Part shown: in pieces, positions 37,345 through 50,611 of the stretch | Layout: each line of letters starts with the position of its first letter | How positions within the stretch are numbered: the stretch's first letter is position 1 | Assembly: GCF_018350175.1 (NCBI RefSeq) | Contig: NC_058368.1 | Span: forward strand, 202,928,001-202,992,000 | From: Felis catus | Lineage: Eukaryota | Length of the DNA stretch: 64,000 nt | Direction of reading: 5' to 3' | Program-made: the position numbers and the translations under genes | The notes under the pieces: generated by a model | Databases searched by the model: none | Told to the model about the DNA's origin: nothing | What the model saw: the letters and a program-made list of their open reading frames with translations, nothing else

Positions 37345-37895
37345 TACTCTCTCATCCTTACTCCCAGTTGCCCACTTAGGGAACTTCTAATTCCTATTTG
37401 TTCAACTTTAGGGATCTGCCAGATTAAATATTCTGGTTTTTAGTTGGGGAAACTTCTATCAGATGATACAGTAAGATTTCCACCTAACACAATGCCATGG
37501 CCATCTAGTCATTCATAGTTCTTTCTGCTGGATCTTGAGTTAAAAAGGAAATTATGATACTGGCAGTAGTAATTGATCCTATTTTTCAGAAGTAGAATAG
37601 TCTCTATATAATGGTGGTAAGGAAGAGTATGTTTAGAACACAGGAAAGTTACCAGGGCAGCTCTTGGTGCTTTCATGCCTTGTAATAGCCATCAATAGAC
37701 AATGTTAGCAATTACCACTTGACAAGGACATGGTAATCAGGTGTTCAAACCCCTCAGTGATTTCCACATTAAGTAAGAAGTCTAGCCCACCAAAAGTGAT
37801 GCCTGAACTAGTAACAATTATGGAATCTCAAATGGCTGGCAGAAGAGGCAAGGAGTATGATTATGGCATTGGACCCAGCTGAAGGAGTGAGGAAT
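37345..37895 (+). mobile_element. ERVL internal relic, dUTPase/C-terminal region
   Basis: Degenerate peptides TPSCPLREL, ILAVVIDP, LYNGGKEEYV, GQLLVLSCLV and KDMVIRCSNPS. Confidence 0.75.
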
Positions 37896-39194
37896 GTCCT
37901 TTGTTATATCTTGGTTTTTGTTGTTGTATGGGTAGATGAGAGAGAGAAAAATGAAAGAAATTATGGTCCAAGTACTAAAGTGTGTGGTATAGATACATAT
38001 TGATAGAGGCTACACAAAAGGAAAATGTTAATGTGGTTGGAATAATAGAAGTTTTACATTATTAATCTAGGAAATATTACCCAGATAGGGCTTCAGATAA
38101 CACCATTGATACATTAACTGTTTTACAAATTGGGTAATATCAAACCTTTACATATGTATATTTAACAAATTTAATTATGTTTTATCTATCTGAAATGGCT
38201 GGAGAGATTTCCACTGGTATGAATAAGTAAATAAAGAGATTGTCCTAAACTACAGAAAAAAAAACATAAAAATCATATTCTCTCTTCTCATATGTTCTAC
38301 CACTATCTTACTGTTAATAATCTTCATGTGTTACAAAATATCTTAACTTCAAATTTTCCTCTCTGAAATTATTATAGGATTCTTAGTGATCAAGCATAAT
38401 ATATGTTGAACTTTTCATTATAAATCAGTGTTTAAGACATATTCTTATATGGAATGGGTCGCTTTAAAAGATTTTGCAGCATTAAAGACTCCCCTCTTAG
38501 GAATTCTTCACACCTGATTTACTTGCTAATTTCCTCTCTCCATAGGGGAACCAATGTTCATTTACACAGAACTTGACACAGCCATCAGGCAAAATAACTA
38601 AATCAAGAATTACCTCTGGAAATACTTTTGACAAGAATTATTTCCCAGAATGTTGTCATAATGTTATTCAATTGGCCCCCATACATTTGGTATATGGCAT
38701 TGTGATACTAAATTCCAAAACACTGATAACACACTCTGTCTCACCTTCCATCTCACGTAAGATAAAGGATAGCTAAAAAAAATTTTACATTAAGGTTTAA
38801 TGTCCAGTTTATAATTTCACATATTCAAGGATGATAAAGTAAAGAGCAACTAAATGAGATTCATAAAACTCAATTTGGTTCCCTCATCTTGGGTTTGTGA
38901 TATATATTTCCTTAGGTATGTTAGAAATGTGCCTCATAATTTTTGAAAATACGTGTGACATAAATTATACATATCTTAATATTTAATATGTACAATATTT
39001 TATAATGGAGTGATTTGAATAAATCAGACATCAGCTAGATAGTATATGGTGGGGACTTACTGGGTATGTATACCTTATTGGGGTGTAGATAGAAGAGAAG
39101 ATATTAATTCTTTCAAAAAACTAGACACACAAAAATTAAATATACTACCTTTGCCTTCAAGGAGCACACAGCATAGTAAGAATGGCAGATAACT

Positions 39195-39417
39195 GGGGCG
39201 CCTGGGTGGCGCAGTTGGTTAAGCGTCCGACTTCAGCCAGGTCACGATCTCGCGGTCCGGGAGTTCGAGCCCCGCGTCAGGCTCTGGGCTGATGGCTCGG
39301 AGCCTGGAGCCTGTTTCTGATTCTGTGTCTCCCTCTCTCTCTGCCCCTCGCCCATTCATGCTCTGTCTCTCTCTGTTCCAAAAATAAATAAACGTTGAAA
39401 AAAAATTTAAAAAAAAA
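39195..39417 (+). mobile_element. Young SINEC_Fc inserted in an L2 fragment
   Basis: Perfect 17-bp TSD AAGAATGGCAGATAACT at 39178-39194 and 39418-39434. Confidence 0.97.
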
Positions 39418-40653
39418 AAGAATGGCAGATAACTAAACAATACACATAAGAAAAGTTGTGAAAGGAAATATGTACAAAATGCTATGGTAACCCAGATGCA
39501 GTTATGGCTGCATCTGAGCAGGTCAAGGAAGAAGGTTTGAGAAGTGACGAAGCTAATAGTCTTTTAAGACTACAAATTGGCCAGGAAAAGATATGGAATG
39601 ATATTCAATGTTGAGGACATACAGGGTAAAGACTTGGATTCGCAAGGAAGAAGGCACATTTAGATCATGAGACATCCTTTTGGAGGACTGGAGCATGGGT
39701 GCCTGTTAGGGGATTAGTGGAAATGAGTTTGCACAAGCAAGCAGTAGTGTGATTTCTTTGGGAGATTCCTTTATTATCTTTAAAATAAAATGTGATATTT
39801 TGATTCTTTTATCTAAAATTGCCACTTTGTTTTAATACAAAACTGGTTTTCCCTGCAAGTAATTGATTCAAATAGGAGATCCCAGAAGACTAACCAACTT
39901 CCTTTTATTGTTTCAGGCATATATCTGTCATAGTTCCATACACTTTTGAGAGTCTGAGAAGCAGAAAAATATGGTAAGAGTTTCAAAATAAAGGAGAACC
40001 CCTAAGAATTATTTGAGTTACACAAATGAAGTATGCTATAATTATTGGTTAGTACTAGAAAATTTACCACTAAATAATTCTGGCTATGTCTCTGTACTTT
40101 GGAGAATTTCTTTCAGCTAAATATCATGTAAACTAGGATTCCACTGTTGACTTTTAGGCATTGCTTCAGAATTCCAAATAAGTCCCAACAATGTACTTAC
40201 ATCATGGAGAGGTTTTTATATTCTAAGGAGAAAATATATATATTATGCCAAAAGAACGAAATTTCTGAACTGATGTTAGTCACAATAGAATGCAATTCCT
40301 ATTCTTCCCATTGTCAAAATACCAAAGTATACTGCTAACAGAGAAAGGATAAAAGTACATTCTGTCCTCAGAGTAAAGTTGGGAGCTGAACAATTTTTGT
40401 TGTTACAATTGACCAAGGAATAATAGGCTTTTTTGTTTCACAAAAAAATGGAAAATTTTAGTCAAATCCATTTTTAATGAAAAACTAAAATGTTTGTGAA
40501 AATGCATGAGTCTAGGAAATCAGGTATCCAGCCATTTTCTTCAACAAGCTAGTATCATACAATTGGATTTTGTGACTGAAATGATCACCCTTTTGTATTT
40601 TCTCAGCTAGTTCAAAGTGTTGACCTTATGGTATTTTATACCTCTTAAAACAA

Positions 40654-40873
40654 TTTTTTTTAATTTTTTTAACGTTGATTTATTTTTGAGACAGAGAGAG
40701 ACACAGCATGAACGGGGGAGAGGCAGAGAGAGAGGGAGACACAGAATCGGAAACAGGCTCCAGGCTCTGAGCCATCAGCCCAGAGTCCCACGCGGGGCTC
40801 GAACTCGCGGACCGCGAGATCGTGACCTGAGCTGAAGTCGGACGCCTAACCGACTGAGCCACCCGGGCGCCCC
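40654..40873 (-). mobile_element. Young SINEC_Fc
   Basis: CpG-rich; perfect TSD ACCTCTTAAAACAATTTT at 40640 and 40874. Confidence 0.97.
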
Positions 40874-42750
40874 ACCTCTTAAAACAATTTTAAAAAGTTC
40901 TCAAAGCTAAGTTTGAAGCAAAGATGAAAATTTGTGATGCAACTGTGTCGGACTGATTACGTATATAAAATATCTAGCTCTTGAGATGAAATTTTATATT
41001 TAAATAATTCCCTCATCTTTTCTTACAGGAATGTATTAGATGATAATTGAATTATTAAGATTTTTTAAATGACACTGAAGAAAGTTTTTGGCATTTTTAT
41101 TAGCAGAATAAAAATGCATTGTTGTATTGAATTCCAGAAACCTTGGTGTGTGAAAGCCTGTTCTTCGGAGCATTTAAAACCAAACAAGACCCAGAAGATA
41201 ATTCTTTGAGTCGCTCTGATTCAAAGGTCAGAGGTCTGAGGTCGCTTTTAAATTCAGATAATTGACAGAACTCACTATTAAGATATGTCCAACCAATAGA
41301 TGTCAGGACAATAATTATATGCCAGAACAAATTTTTTTATAACAGCATAAAATTTAGAGTTCATGTCTTAAAATGTGAGTTGGTATTATGTATGACTACA
41401 ATAATTAATTAAATAGCTGTTTCTTTGTCATACTGGAACTTATTAATCTTTCGATTTTCAACTTATTCAATTAAATGTACATGCATCTTATTCTAATGTA
41501 CCTGTAGGAGAAATTCATGATTTAATAGACTCACTTACATTTCATACTACATACCAAAAATACAGTGTTCTCACTGATCTTTATGGTTTAAGCTGTGATG
41601 ATCCATGTAGAATAAAATCATTCATGCAAATGCAGGAACTAGAATTTATACACTTCAAGGAAAACAAGCTTGCTTTTATTTTCTTTACTGCATGCTAAAA
41701 AATGGCGTTAGGTAAATTGAATCCAATTCTCATTTTGTAACTAAGCAAGTTAGAGTGAATCTTTATAAGTCCCTCATTTAGTCACAGCAAACTTGCTGAT
41801 GGCCAGGCACCATGCTAAGTGCAATACAAAGTCAGATTAGACAAGGAGCTTCCTCTGTAATCAGAGCTTACTTCAGCTTTTCAGCCCACAGTTTCCAAAT
41901 CTGTCATATGAGGTATTTTTTTTTTTACCCTTCCTAGTAATAAGGTTGCTAGTAATCTTGGCTACATTAAAAGTGATTAAATTAGATGTATTCCCAAGTG
42001 CAAGCACATATTCACCTACATGTGAGCATGTACGCACACATTCAACATACAACTTCCTTCTCCAAAATTTTAAATTCTACAAAATGACTTTATCTGTGTC
42101 CTTAACCATGTGCAATTGGAAAAAATTGATTTATTAGTAGTATCACGGAATTTAACTTCAAATACAGGTTACGTATATTCACAGGAGTTAGGCAGTCATC
42201 TTGGCTAATTTTTGTCTAGAGGTAGGTAAATATGTTTGATGTAGGAAGTCAGAAATATGTCAATTCATGCTTCTACTATGAATTGAAACTGAGGTCCTAC
42301 CTTGCCTGATGAAAATGACATATTCTCAATTCATTGTCAATTCATAGTCCCAGATTTGTCCAATACTGACTTGATTGTCAGTTGGGACTTCAGAGATCGA
42401 TTTATGGTTAAAAGTGTATAGGAAACTGAAAATAAACAGAGTAAATCATATGACCCTTGTGAATCAAATAATTTACATCTATAGACAAGATACAAAACTA
42501 CCAAAATATAGAGCACATTGACACATAGATAGCTGTTTGAGTCATCCTGCTGGATGATAATAATCAGAGCCTTCCAAATGTAACCTGAATAAGAGAAGAA
42601 AGAATGTATGAGCTCTTATGAGGACACTATGTTGAAACCTTCACTTCTGAGATATCATCTGTAGCCCAGATCACCATCAATACCTAACAAAATAGATCCA
42701 TCATGGTTTCTTCTTCCCCTTTGTTCCACAGTAGTAATATAAAACTTTAC

Positions 42751-43030
42751 CTAATGTACAGCATGGTTACTATAGTTGATAAGAATGTATTGTATACTTG
42801 AAATCTGCTAAAAGAGATCTCAAGTGTATTTGTTGCACATATAAAAAGTTGGTAACCATGTGAAAAGGACGAATGTGTTAATCAGCTTGATTGTGGTAAT
42901 TATTCCATAAAGTGTGTGTGTGTATATATACATATCAAATTATCACACAGTGCACCTAAAATATATATAGTTTGTATTTTCAATTATACCTCAATAAAAC
43001 TGGAAAATTAAAACTAATAAAAGAAGAAAA
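42751..43030 (+). mobile_element. L1MA-type 3' end, 5'-truncated
   Basis: TAATGTACAGCATGGTTACTATAGTT...TGTATACTTGAAATCTGCTAA...CAATTATACCTCAATAAAACTGG; AAAACTTT on both flanks. Confidence 0.88.
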
Positions 43031-43484
43031 AACTTTTATAGAGTGTAGTGTTAACATTAATAGGAATATATCTGGTATTACATGGAAACTATTGGTTGAT
43101 AGTTCTCCCCACTATTACTCTGATCTTCTCTATTCAGAATTCTTTGAAGACTACTGCTTCTAAAAACTTTTTTTTTATCATTTTTACCAATTTCCATGCC
43201 TATCATCTTATTTTCTCTGTGGGTGATATTCCATCAATGAGTATAGTGACTCCACTAGTTACTCTTCAAATATCAGACAAAATGAATGTATCTCAAATCT
43301 ATCTTTGTGGTCTGGTCCTATTCTGCACATAGGATCCAGACTTTCAACTGTTCACTGGTAATTTCCATAATGATGTCCAAGCAGCATTTCAAATTGTGTC
43401 CAGAAATAAACTCGGTATCTTTACCTCATCACCCAAGGTCTTTCTTTTGTTGTTGTTGCTGTAGTTGTTGTTGTTTCAACTCAC

Positions 43485-43500
43485 TTAATGTTTATTTATT

Positions 43501-43540
<40 letters not shown>

Positions 43541-43705
43541 CAAACAGGGGAGGGGCAGAGAGAGAGGGAGACACAGAATCTGAAGCAGGCTCCAGGCTCT
43601 GAGATGTCAGCACAGAGCTCGATGTGGGGCTCAAACCCACAAACCGTGAGATCATGACCTGGGCTGAAGTCTGGCGCTTAACTGACTGAGCCACCCAGGT
43701 GCCCC
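43485..43705 (-). mobile_element. Can-SINE
   Basis: TSD TGTTT(C/T)AACTCAC at 43472 and 43706; long (GA)n. Confidence 0.95.
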
Positions 43706-45803
43706 TGTTTTAACTCACGTAATGACATAAGTATGATGTAAATGACCCATATATGTATTTACAGAAACATTCCAACATCTATGCATTCAATCCTTAAATA
43801 TTAGACTCTTTAATTCCTAATTCTTCCTTGTCTACACATTATCTTTCCTAGTTTTGTTTAAATTATTTGCCTGAAATATAATTTAGATCATATATTATAA
43901 CTAGCTCTACTATCTTGGAATAGTAAGTTAGGTTCTTTAGTATATCCACGTACATAGTTAAAAATTGGTCAGTGCTATTTCAACAAATTAATCTTTCTAC
44001 CTTCCTCAGAAACTTTTGGTGTTAAGGAAACGGTCAAATCTTGATGATTCATATTCTGTCCCAAAATAAGGAAATAAGAGGAATTTAAAGTTAACATTTT
44101 GGAACTATTTCCTTGATTACTGAGTATGAAATGACCCATCAGTAAAACTACAAATGATTTCATTAGAATAAGTAAAAAAGGAATTGAAAGAGTAGGTATT
44201 AGAAGATTTCCCCTTCACCCTCAAAAATCATTTTTTGTATATCTTTCTGGGGAAATTAAAACTCATTATAAAGTTATCTCATAGGAATGGTTTGTTATTA
44301 CTAGACATTGAAGATATTGTCCCTAGATGAGTCGTTGAATGAATATCTTCTGATTTCAATTTTGAATATACTTCACATACTCAGCACTTTTATAAATGCT
44401 CTATTTATGAAAGATGTATTTATAGGCAATGTAAGAGAATTCATCTTCTCTTTATTTTAATTAAGGAAGCCAAGTAGAGATTAATTAAATCTGATTTGCA
44501 TGACATGTTACTTGCTACATCTTGAACAAGGCACATAAACAAAATGTGGTCTTGAAAAAAACCCAAATTACCACTTTCCAAAATCAAAGAACAGATAAAG
44601 TGTGATAGTAGTCAAGCCCTTTAACACTTTAACGACAAAACTGATCTTGTCCCTTAAGGACAATTCATTAGAATTCAGAACTGATGTCACACTAAGCACT
44701 CTCCCATAAGAAAACATCTGCTACTGCCAACAGCCAGTTTCAGATACTTCTTACCCATTTCTTTTTCCCAAGATGCCATTAGCCACTTCAGAGAAGGCTC
44801 TCGCTTATCCTCAAAAGACAGTTTTTCTTTTCATTACCAGGTTAATAGTTGTCCAGTAACTACAGGGAGAGTTGCTCTAGAAATACCTGGTATGATGGAT
44901 GGAAACAGACTAGGATTCAAGGGCTAATGGAAAATCTAATGTAAATCCTACCTCCCTGGAGGAATATAATGTTATGGTAATACGATATAATGAAATAAGC
45001 TTGTTTTTTAAAAATATATTATGTGTTGTAGTGCCTGATCTGAGAATGGGCCCAAACTTACTGAGCAAAAGCCTTCTAGTGGCAAAAGCCCTCTACTGTC
45101 AACCAGTGGTCTCAAGGGCATATTCCAAATCTTAGAGACGTTCATTGAGGGAATAACTTTATGGAGGAAGAACAGGACTCCTTGATAGATTGTTAGCCTT
45201 GTGCTTTGAGGGAGCTTTTTAGCACATCTTGAACATTGACTTAATGGTTAAGTCTGGTGGGTCGAGCTACCAGGTAAGGAAGCAACAACAAATCTGAAAA
45301 CTTTGGGGACACAGAAGACATTTCTTCCCCACTCCTAATGCTCATTAGTGTTTCATTCCCAACCTAGCTCCAGTTCGACATTCCCTCTGCCTCAAGAGAG
45401 TGAAATTACCGACCTGACTGATGAGTGCAAGGAGAAGCTCTGCCTGCAGAGCTCAGCCCTCTTGTGTTTTCTTCCCCTGGGAGTGAGATGTCTTAAGAAG
45501 CACACACTCTCGTGTTCCCCCAGGGTAGATCAATGTGTCTAATTTAGGGGATCACCATTGGGAAACTCGCTCAGACATAGAAGTAACATTCTCCTATGTG
45601 ACCTTTATCAATAATAAAGAAAATATTTTGGCCCCCATATGTCTTATTTCACAGTTGGTTCAGAACTATGGCAAGTAAGATAAACACTGTATTTTGAAGG
45701 TTCTCAAATTCAAGTCTCTTAACACCTTAAAATGTCTTCCTAGGCCTAACAATAAAACATACACTGGGAATTAAATGAGCTAATGCACGTAAAGTGCTCA
45801 GTA

Positions 45804-46251
45804 CAGGCTCACCTCATTTTATTGGGATTCAAAGATACTGCATATTTTACAGATGGAAGGTTTATGGCAACCCTGTATCAAAGCAAGTCTGTTGGTGCCA
45901 TTCTACCAACAGTTTTTGCTTACTTAGTATATCTGTATCACATTTTAGTAATTCTTAACAATATTTCAAACTTTTACATTGTTATTATATTTGTTATGAT
46001 GATCTATGGTCAGTGATTATGACTCACCGAAAGCTCAGATGATGGTTAGCATTTTTGAGCAATAAAGTATTCTTCAATCAATAAAGTATTCTTCAATTCT
46101 ACATTTATATCAGACATAATGCTATTGCACATTTAATAGACTATAGCATAGTGTAGACATAATCGTTATATGCACTGGGAAACCAGAAAATTCATTTGAC
46201 TCACTTAATTGCGATATTCAGTTTGTTGCAATGGTCTCTGATATATGCCTG
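45804..46251 (+). mobile_element. Tigger1 internal-deletion derivative (Tigger1a-type, TcMar)
   Basis: TA TSDs at 45802-45803 and 46252-46253; TIRs CAGGCTCACCTC / GATATATGCCTG; both Tigger1 ends joined without transposase; inserted in a MIR. Confidence 0.9.
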
Positions 46252-46313
46252 TACATTAGCGGAGTACCTGGTACATGGTCATACTCTTTTTCCTCCTTTA
46301 AATCTGGGTCCAT

Positions 46314-46556
46314 GGGGTGCCTGGGTGGCTCAGTTGGTTAAGCGTCCTGCTTCAGCACAGGTCATGATCTCATGGCTTGTGGGTTCAAGTCCCATGCTGG
46401 GCTCTGTGCTGACAGCTCAGCGTGGAGCGTGAGCGTGGAGCCTGCTTCAGATTCTCTGTCTCCTTCTCGCTCTCTGCCTCTCCCCACTCATGCTCTGTCT
46501 TCTCTCTCAAAAACAAATAAGCATTAAAAAATTCTTTTTAATCTTAAAAAAAAAAA
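46314..46556 (+). mobile_element. Can-SINE
   Basis: Full body with a small internal GAGCGT-type duplication. Confidence 0.94.
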
Positions 46557-46571
46557 CCACAGGTCCTACTT

Positions 46572-46926
46572 TTGCTGCTGCTAGTAAAGCTACTCCTCCT
46601 CCTCCTCCTACGGCTACTGCTGCTGCTCCTGCTACTTAGCTATGATGCTGCTACTTACTACAATAGCTACTCTTAGTGTCGTTGCTACTATTACTAAAGC
46701 TGTTGCTGGTACTGCTATTACTACTTGTGTAACTACTGCTGTGGCTACTACCACTATAGTTATGCTATTGTTGCTGCCACTACCATAGCTATTCTGTTGC
46801 TGCTCTTGTTACTAGAGCTACTGCTCCTCTTGCTGTTACTCCTCCTCCTCCTCCTCCTCCTACTCCTCCTCCTCCTCTTTCTCCTGCTGCTGCTGTGGCT
46901 GCTGCTACTACTACCAGTATTACTGC
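46572..46926 (+). repeat. Degenerate compound trinucleotide repeat (CTG/CTA/CTC/TTG)
   Basis: About 350 bp of period-3 low-complexity sequence including pure (CTC)n runs. Confidence 0.9.
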
Positions 46927-47911
46927 ATATCATGCAGGCAATAGATGCAATGAGAAAACAATCGAAGAAATATATTATCAGAAGCTATCAACTATTTTCT
47001 TTCATTAGAGTTTCACAGAGAGCCCGCGGTTTTAAACTGTTGTGGCTTCACAACATTGGTGAAGTTGTTATGGAACACTGAAAACGGCTAATGATTCTAA
47101 AGATGGAATTATCTTCGTTTGCTATAAACTTGCTCTGCAACCTTTGGCAAATAACTTTGCTGACTCTATACAGAACGGAAGTGACCGACAGTTCTGCTTA
47201 CGAATGACGAACCCATACTGGAATACTGGATTTGTAAACAGCTGATGGTGGTATCTTCTTCAGCTGAATATCCTAATGTACTTTTTCAACATTTCCAAAC
47301 ACTTCTCATTTCTAGGCACAGGTGCAACAAAACCCTCCTAAATGAGGCCATGAGAGATGTCTCTGTGCCATTCCCTAGGATAATCCTCCCTTGTTGAGTT
47401 TAGTAGAAAGTAGAGTTATAAAAGTTATAACACTGCTCCAGAGAGCAACTACACAAGGACTATAAATTTGTTTTCCATAATGAAAAAGTCTTTCTGAATG
47501 AGTCACAACATTTAAAGATCTTCCTGCTATGAAATACAATAAATCTTTCTATGTTTGGAATTTAGAAGGTCACAAGCTTTCATGTTCAAAATCTCCTTGA
47601 AGAAGAGGGTGATGAGCAACAAGCCTGGTTTATTTTTTTTCAACATATTCTGTAGGCACAGAAAGGAAGTAAGTTCCTATGGGCCCTCTTCTGACACAGC
47701 AGTGCTTTGGTGAAAACAGAATTCTCAAAATACCTGCTTGTATCTAGCTCCATTCTCTGTGCTCTGCCACCACATGCAGATGGCACAAATAATTTTGGAA
47801 TGGCTTTTGAGCTACATGTGTGACCCTGAGAATCACATCTGTAGCCCTGCTTCACAAATAGACTCAGTTTTTGCCTATTCTTATCCATAAACTACACTTT
47901 TATTTTATTTC

Positions 47912-47935
47912 ATTTTTTGATATGTTTATTTGTTT

Positions 47936-47967
<32 letters not shown>

Positions 47968-48131
47968 GCAAGGTAAGGGCAGAGAGAGAGAGAGAGGGAG
48001 AGAATCCCAAGCAGGCTCTGCACTGTCAGAGCAAAGCCAGATGTGGGGTTAGATCCCATGAACTGTGAGATCACGACCTGAGCCAAGATCAAGAGTTGGA
48101 TGCTTAACCAACTGAGCCATCCTGATGCCCC
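47912..48131 (-). mobile_element. Can-SINE
   Basis: Full body; TSD-like CA(C/G)TTTTATTTT. Confidence 0.94.
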
Positions 48132-50333
48132 AGTTTTATTTTTGTTTTAGAATGTAAAACATAGGAATGTTTCAGTCTTTGTTCTTAAATCATGTGTATG
48201 TTGGAAGAGATCATTTGTCACAACTCAGACCTACAATGTAAATTGTGTCTAGATTTAAGAAAACTAATTAGTTGATCCAAAGCCCTGAATAGTACAAATT
48301 AAGGGAGCATGAACTATTAATATAGTAGGCCTTGACACAAAGAAAATGAGAGCTGATTATATCTTTGGAAAAGAATCAATGTGGACCTTTGAATCAGCCC
48401 CAGAGGAGTGTATTAATGTTAAAACTGCCATGTTTTTAGGGAAAATGCTGAGGAGTAAGTCTTAATAAAAGTTTTAAATTGGGCATTCTTATTTTACTTT
48501 ACAGTGGGCCACTGTGTACCAAAAAGGGTGCCATTCTATAGAAATGCCCTTCAGTTGTCTTCAAATTTGAAAGCTGGGCATCTGTCTAGCTGATATTTGT
48601 ACTCTGTCTGTATCACAGTTTCTCTGCTCAATCTTTTTCCTTGCCCCATGTCTTTTCTTACCTTCCACAAGCTTCTTATATTTCTAGTTGTTTTGAATAC
48701 CCCATAACACACCAATAAATCAACTGGTTGTGCACTAGCACATTTTAAAATACAAGAAACTCTTAGAATGAAAAGTGTGTTTGTGGCAATGAAACTTGTA
48801 CAGTTCCTCCATGTAATTTTGTATGTCTGATCATCTTAACCTTCAACTACCTAAAGCCAATGAATGACAAGCATAGTGAACAGTTTTTCTGACCTCTCCC
48901 AAGGTGATGCTGTCATTTTCCAAAAATGGAAAAAAAAATAGGAAGAAGAAGAAAAAAGGTGTTATTGGCATAAATTTTTAGTACTGGAGCAGCATGCTGT
49001 CCAGAATTTTGCTAAAATGAACTTCAAAAGCTATTAAAATTATGCTCTGATATTATTTCAGTATTCTGTCTTTCAAGTAACCAAGTTGGATGTTTCCCTT
49101 GATGTACAGAATGTGAATAAAGATAACACAGCACATACAGCATGAGTTATTTGTACAATTAAATTTTGTGACTGCCACGGGAAGAGGCACAATCCTGCTA
49201 TTCAGCATTCATTAAGTGATAAGTTACTGAAGACCTATTTAATAAATTTAATATTCATCTATACAAACTCTCCTTTCCATCTGTTTGCATTTTACATTGA
49301 ATTTGCAGGCTAAGTAAATAAGTGGTTTGGTTTAACCTCCTAAAGAAAGCCTCTCAGTTCTGTCAGGTCAGAAAAGTACATTACTCTTCTATTCTCTTAG
49401 GATCAAGTTTATTAGTAAAGGGGTACAAGTTCATTAATTGGCTTATTCAACAGATCCTCAGTGAGCACTTCATATGGTCAGAGCCCTGGGATAGCTGCAG
49501 AATGCAAAGATACTTAAAACATTTTTCCCATAATGTTAAAAACAATTATGATTTTAATTCTAATTAATATGCTCTAACAATTCTAATCAGTATTGTGTTG
49601 CTAAAAGTGCACTTCATCTGAAAAGTGCAAACAGTAGAACATGACTATTTATACAGCTGTGATATAAGCCATATATAGCATGTGTAATATGAGTGGTGCC
49701 GCAGTAAGTCTTGAAGATACTCAGAGGAAAAATGAGTTATATTAAGGAAAACTTTATATTAAGGATAGTGCTCATGGATCAGAAGAATTTCTATTTCTCA
49801 TGAAGATAATAAGGGGTGGGGGTTGCAGGCAAAACCCAAGAATTTGCATGTGAAAAAAGATCGAGTCATACAAATCCTAATACTTCAAGTTTTATAATAG
49901 ACATTGCACTGTTTGGAACTGATAAAATGACTGAATTATTTGTGCCTAAAAACATAGATGTTATCTTTCTAATGAACATACATATGCTACTGGAGCAAAA
50001 AACACTAAATGTGTTCAAGTTGGTTATTTTTAACATACAGTGTCAATTACACTACTCGGTTATACAGACAATTAGAACGCTTCCAAGCTTGAAAATAAAT
50101 TCAGCTCTCAGTCATCCATGAATACTCAAACTCAATTTAACACATGATACTATTCATCAAGAATAACCCACTCAGAAAAGTTCTGGTCAATAACTGCCAA
50201 TTCTGCCTATAAATATGTAAATTATTGCACCCTCTGTTCCTACTCTCTGATATTTTCAGCTCAGAAGAGTTTTTGAGTGGACTACAAATCAACCTCTTCA
50301 TTTCTGCAGCCACTATCTCACATCACAAATTTT

Positions 50334-50513
50334 ATTTATTTATTTGAAATTTGTATTGTTTTTTTTTAATTTTAATCCCAGTAAACGTACAATGTTATAT
50401 TATTTTTAGGTGTACAATATAGTGATTCAACAATTCTATATATCATTACTTAGTGCTCATCATGACAAATCCCCTTCACCCATTTCACTCATCCCCCCAC
50501 CAACCTCCCTCTG
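50334..50513 (-). mobile_element. Carnivore L1 3' end with tail (part of the composite insertion)
   Basis: T-rich tail then TAGGTGTACAATATAGTGATTCAACAATTC...CCCCCCACCAACCTCCCTCTG. Confidence 0.9.
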
Positions 50514-50611
50514 ATATGCTTTATTTTAAATGAGTACTCTCAGTTAAAGTTATTCTTCTTTTCAACAAGAACATGTTTTACTTGAAGCATACTCCCAAAT
50601 ACATGGTTCTG

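Noticed and set aside
39493..39516. 9-bp-stem hairpin CAGATGCAG-TTATGG-CTGCATCTG
   Set aside because: It lies in an L2 relic, is too short for a pre-miRNA and is plausible by chance.
46060..46097. 19-bp tandem duplication CAATAAAGTATTCTTCAAT (similar small duplications near 17886 and 26168)
   Set aside because: Ordinary slippage duplications with no further structure.
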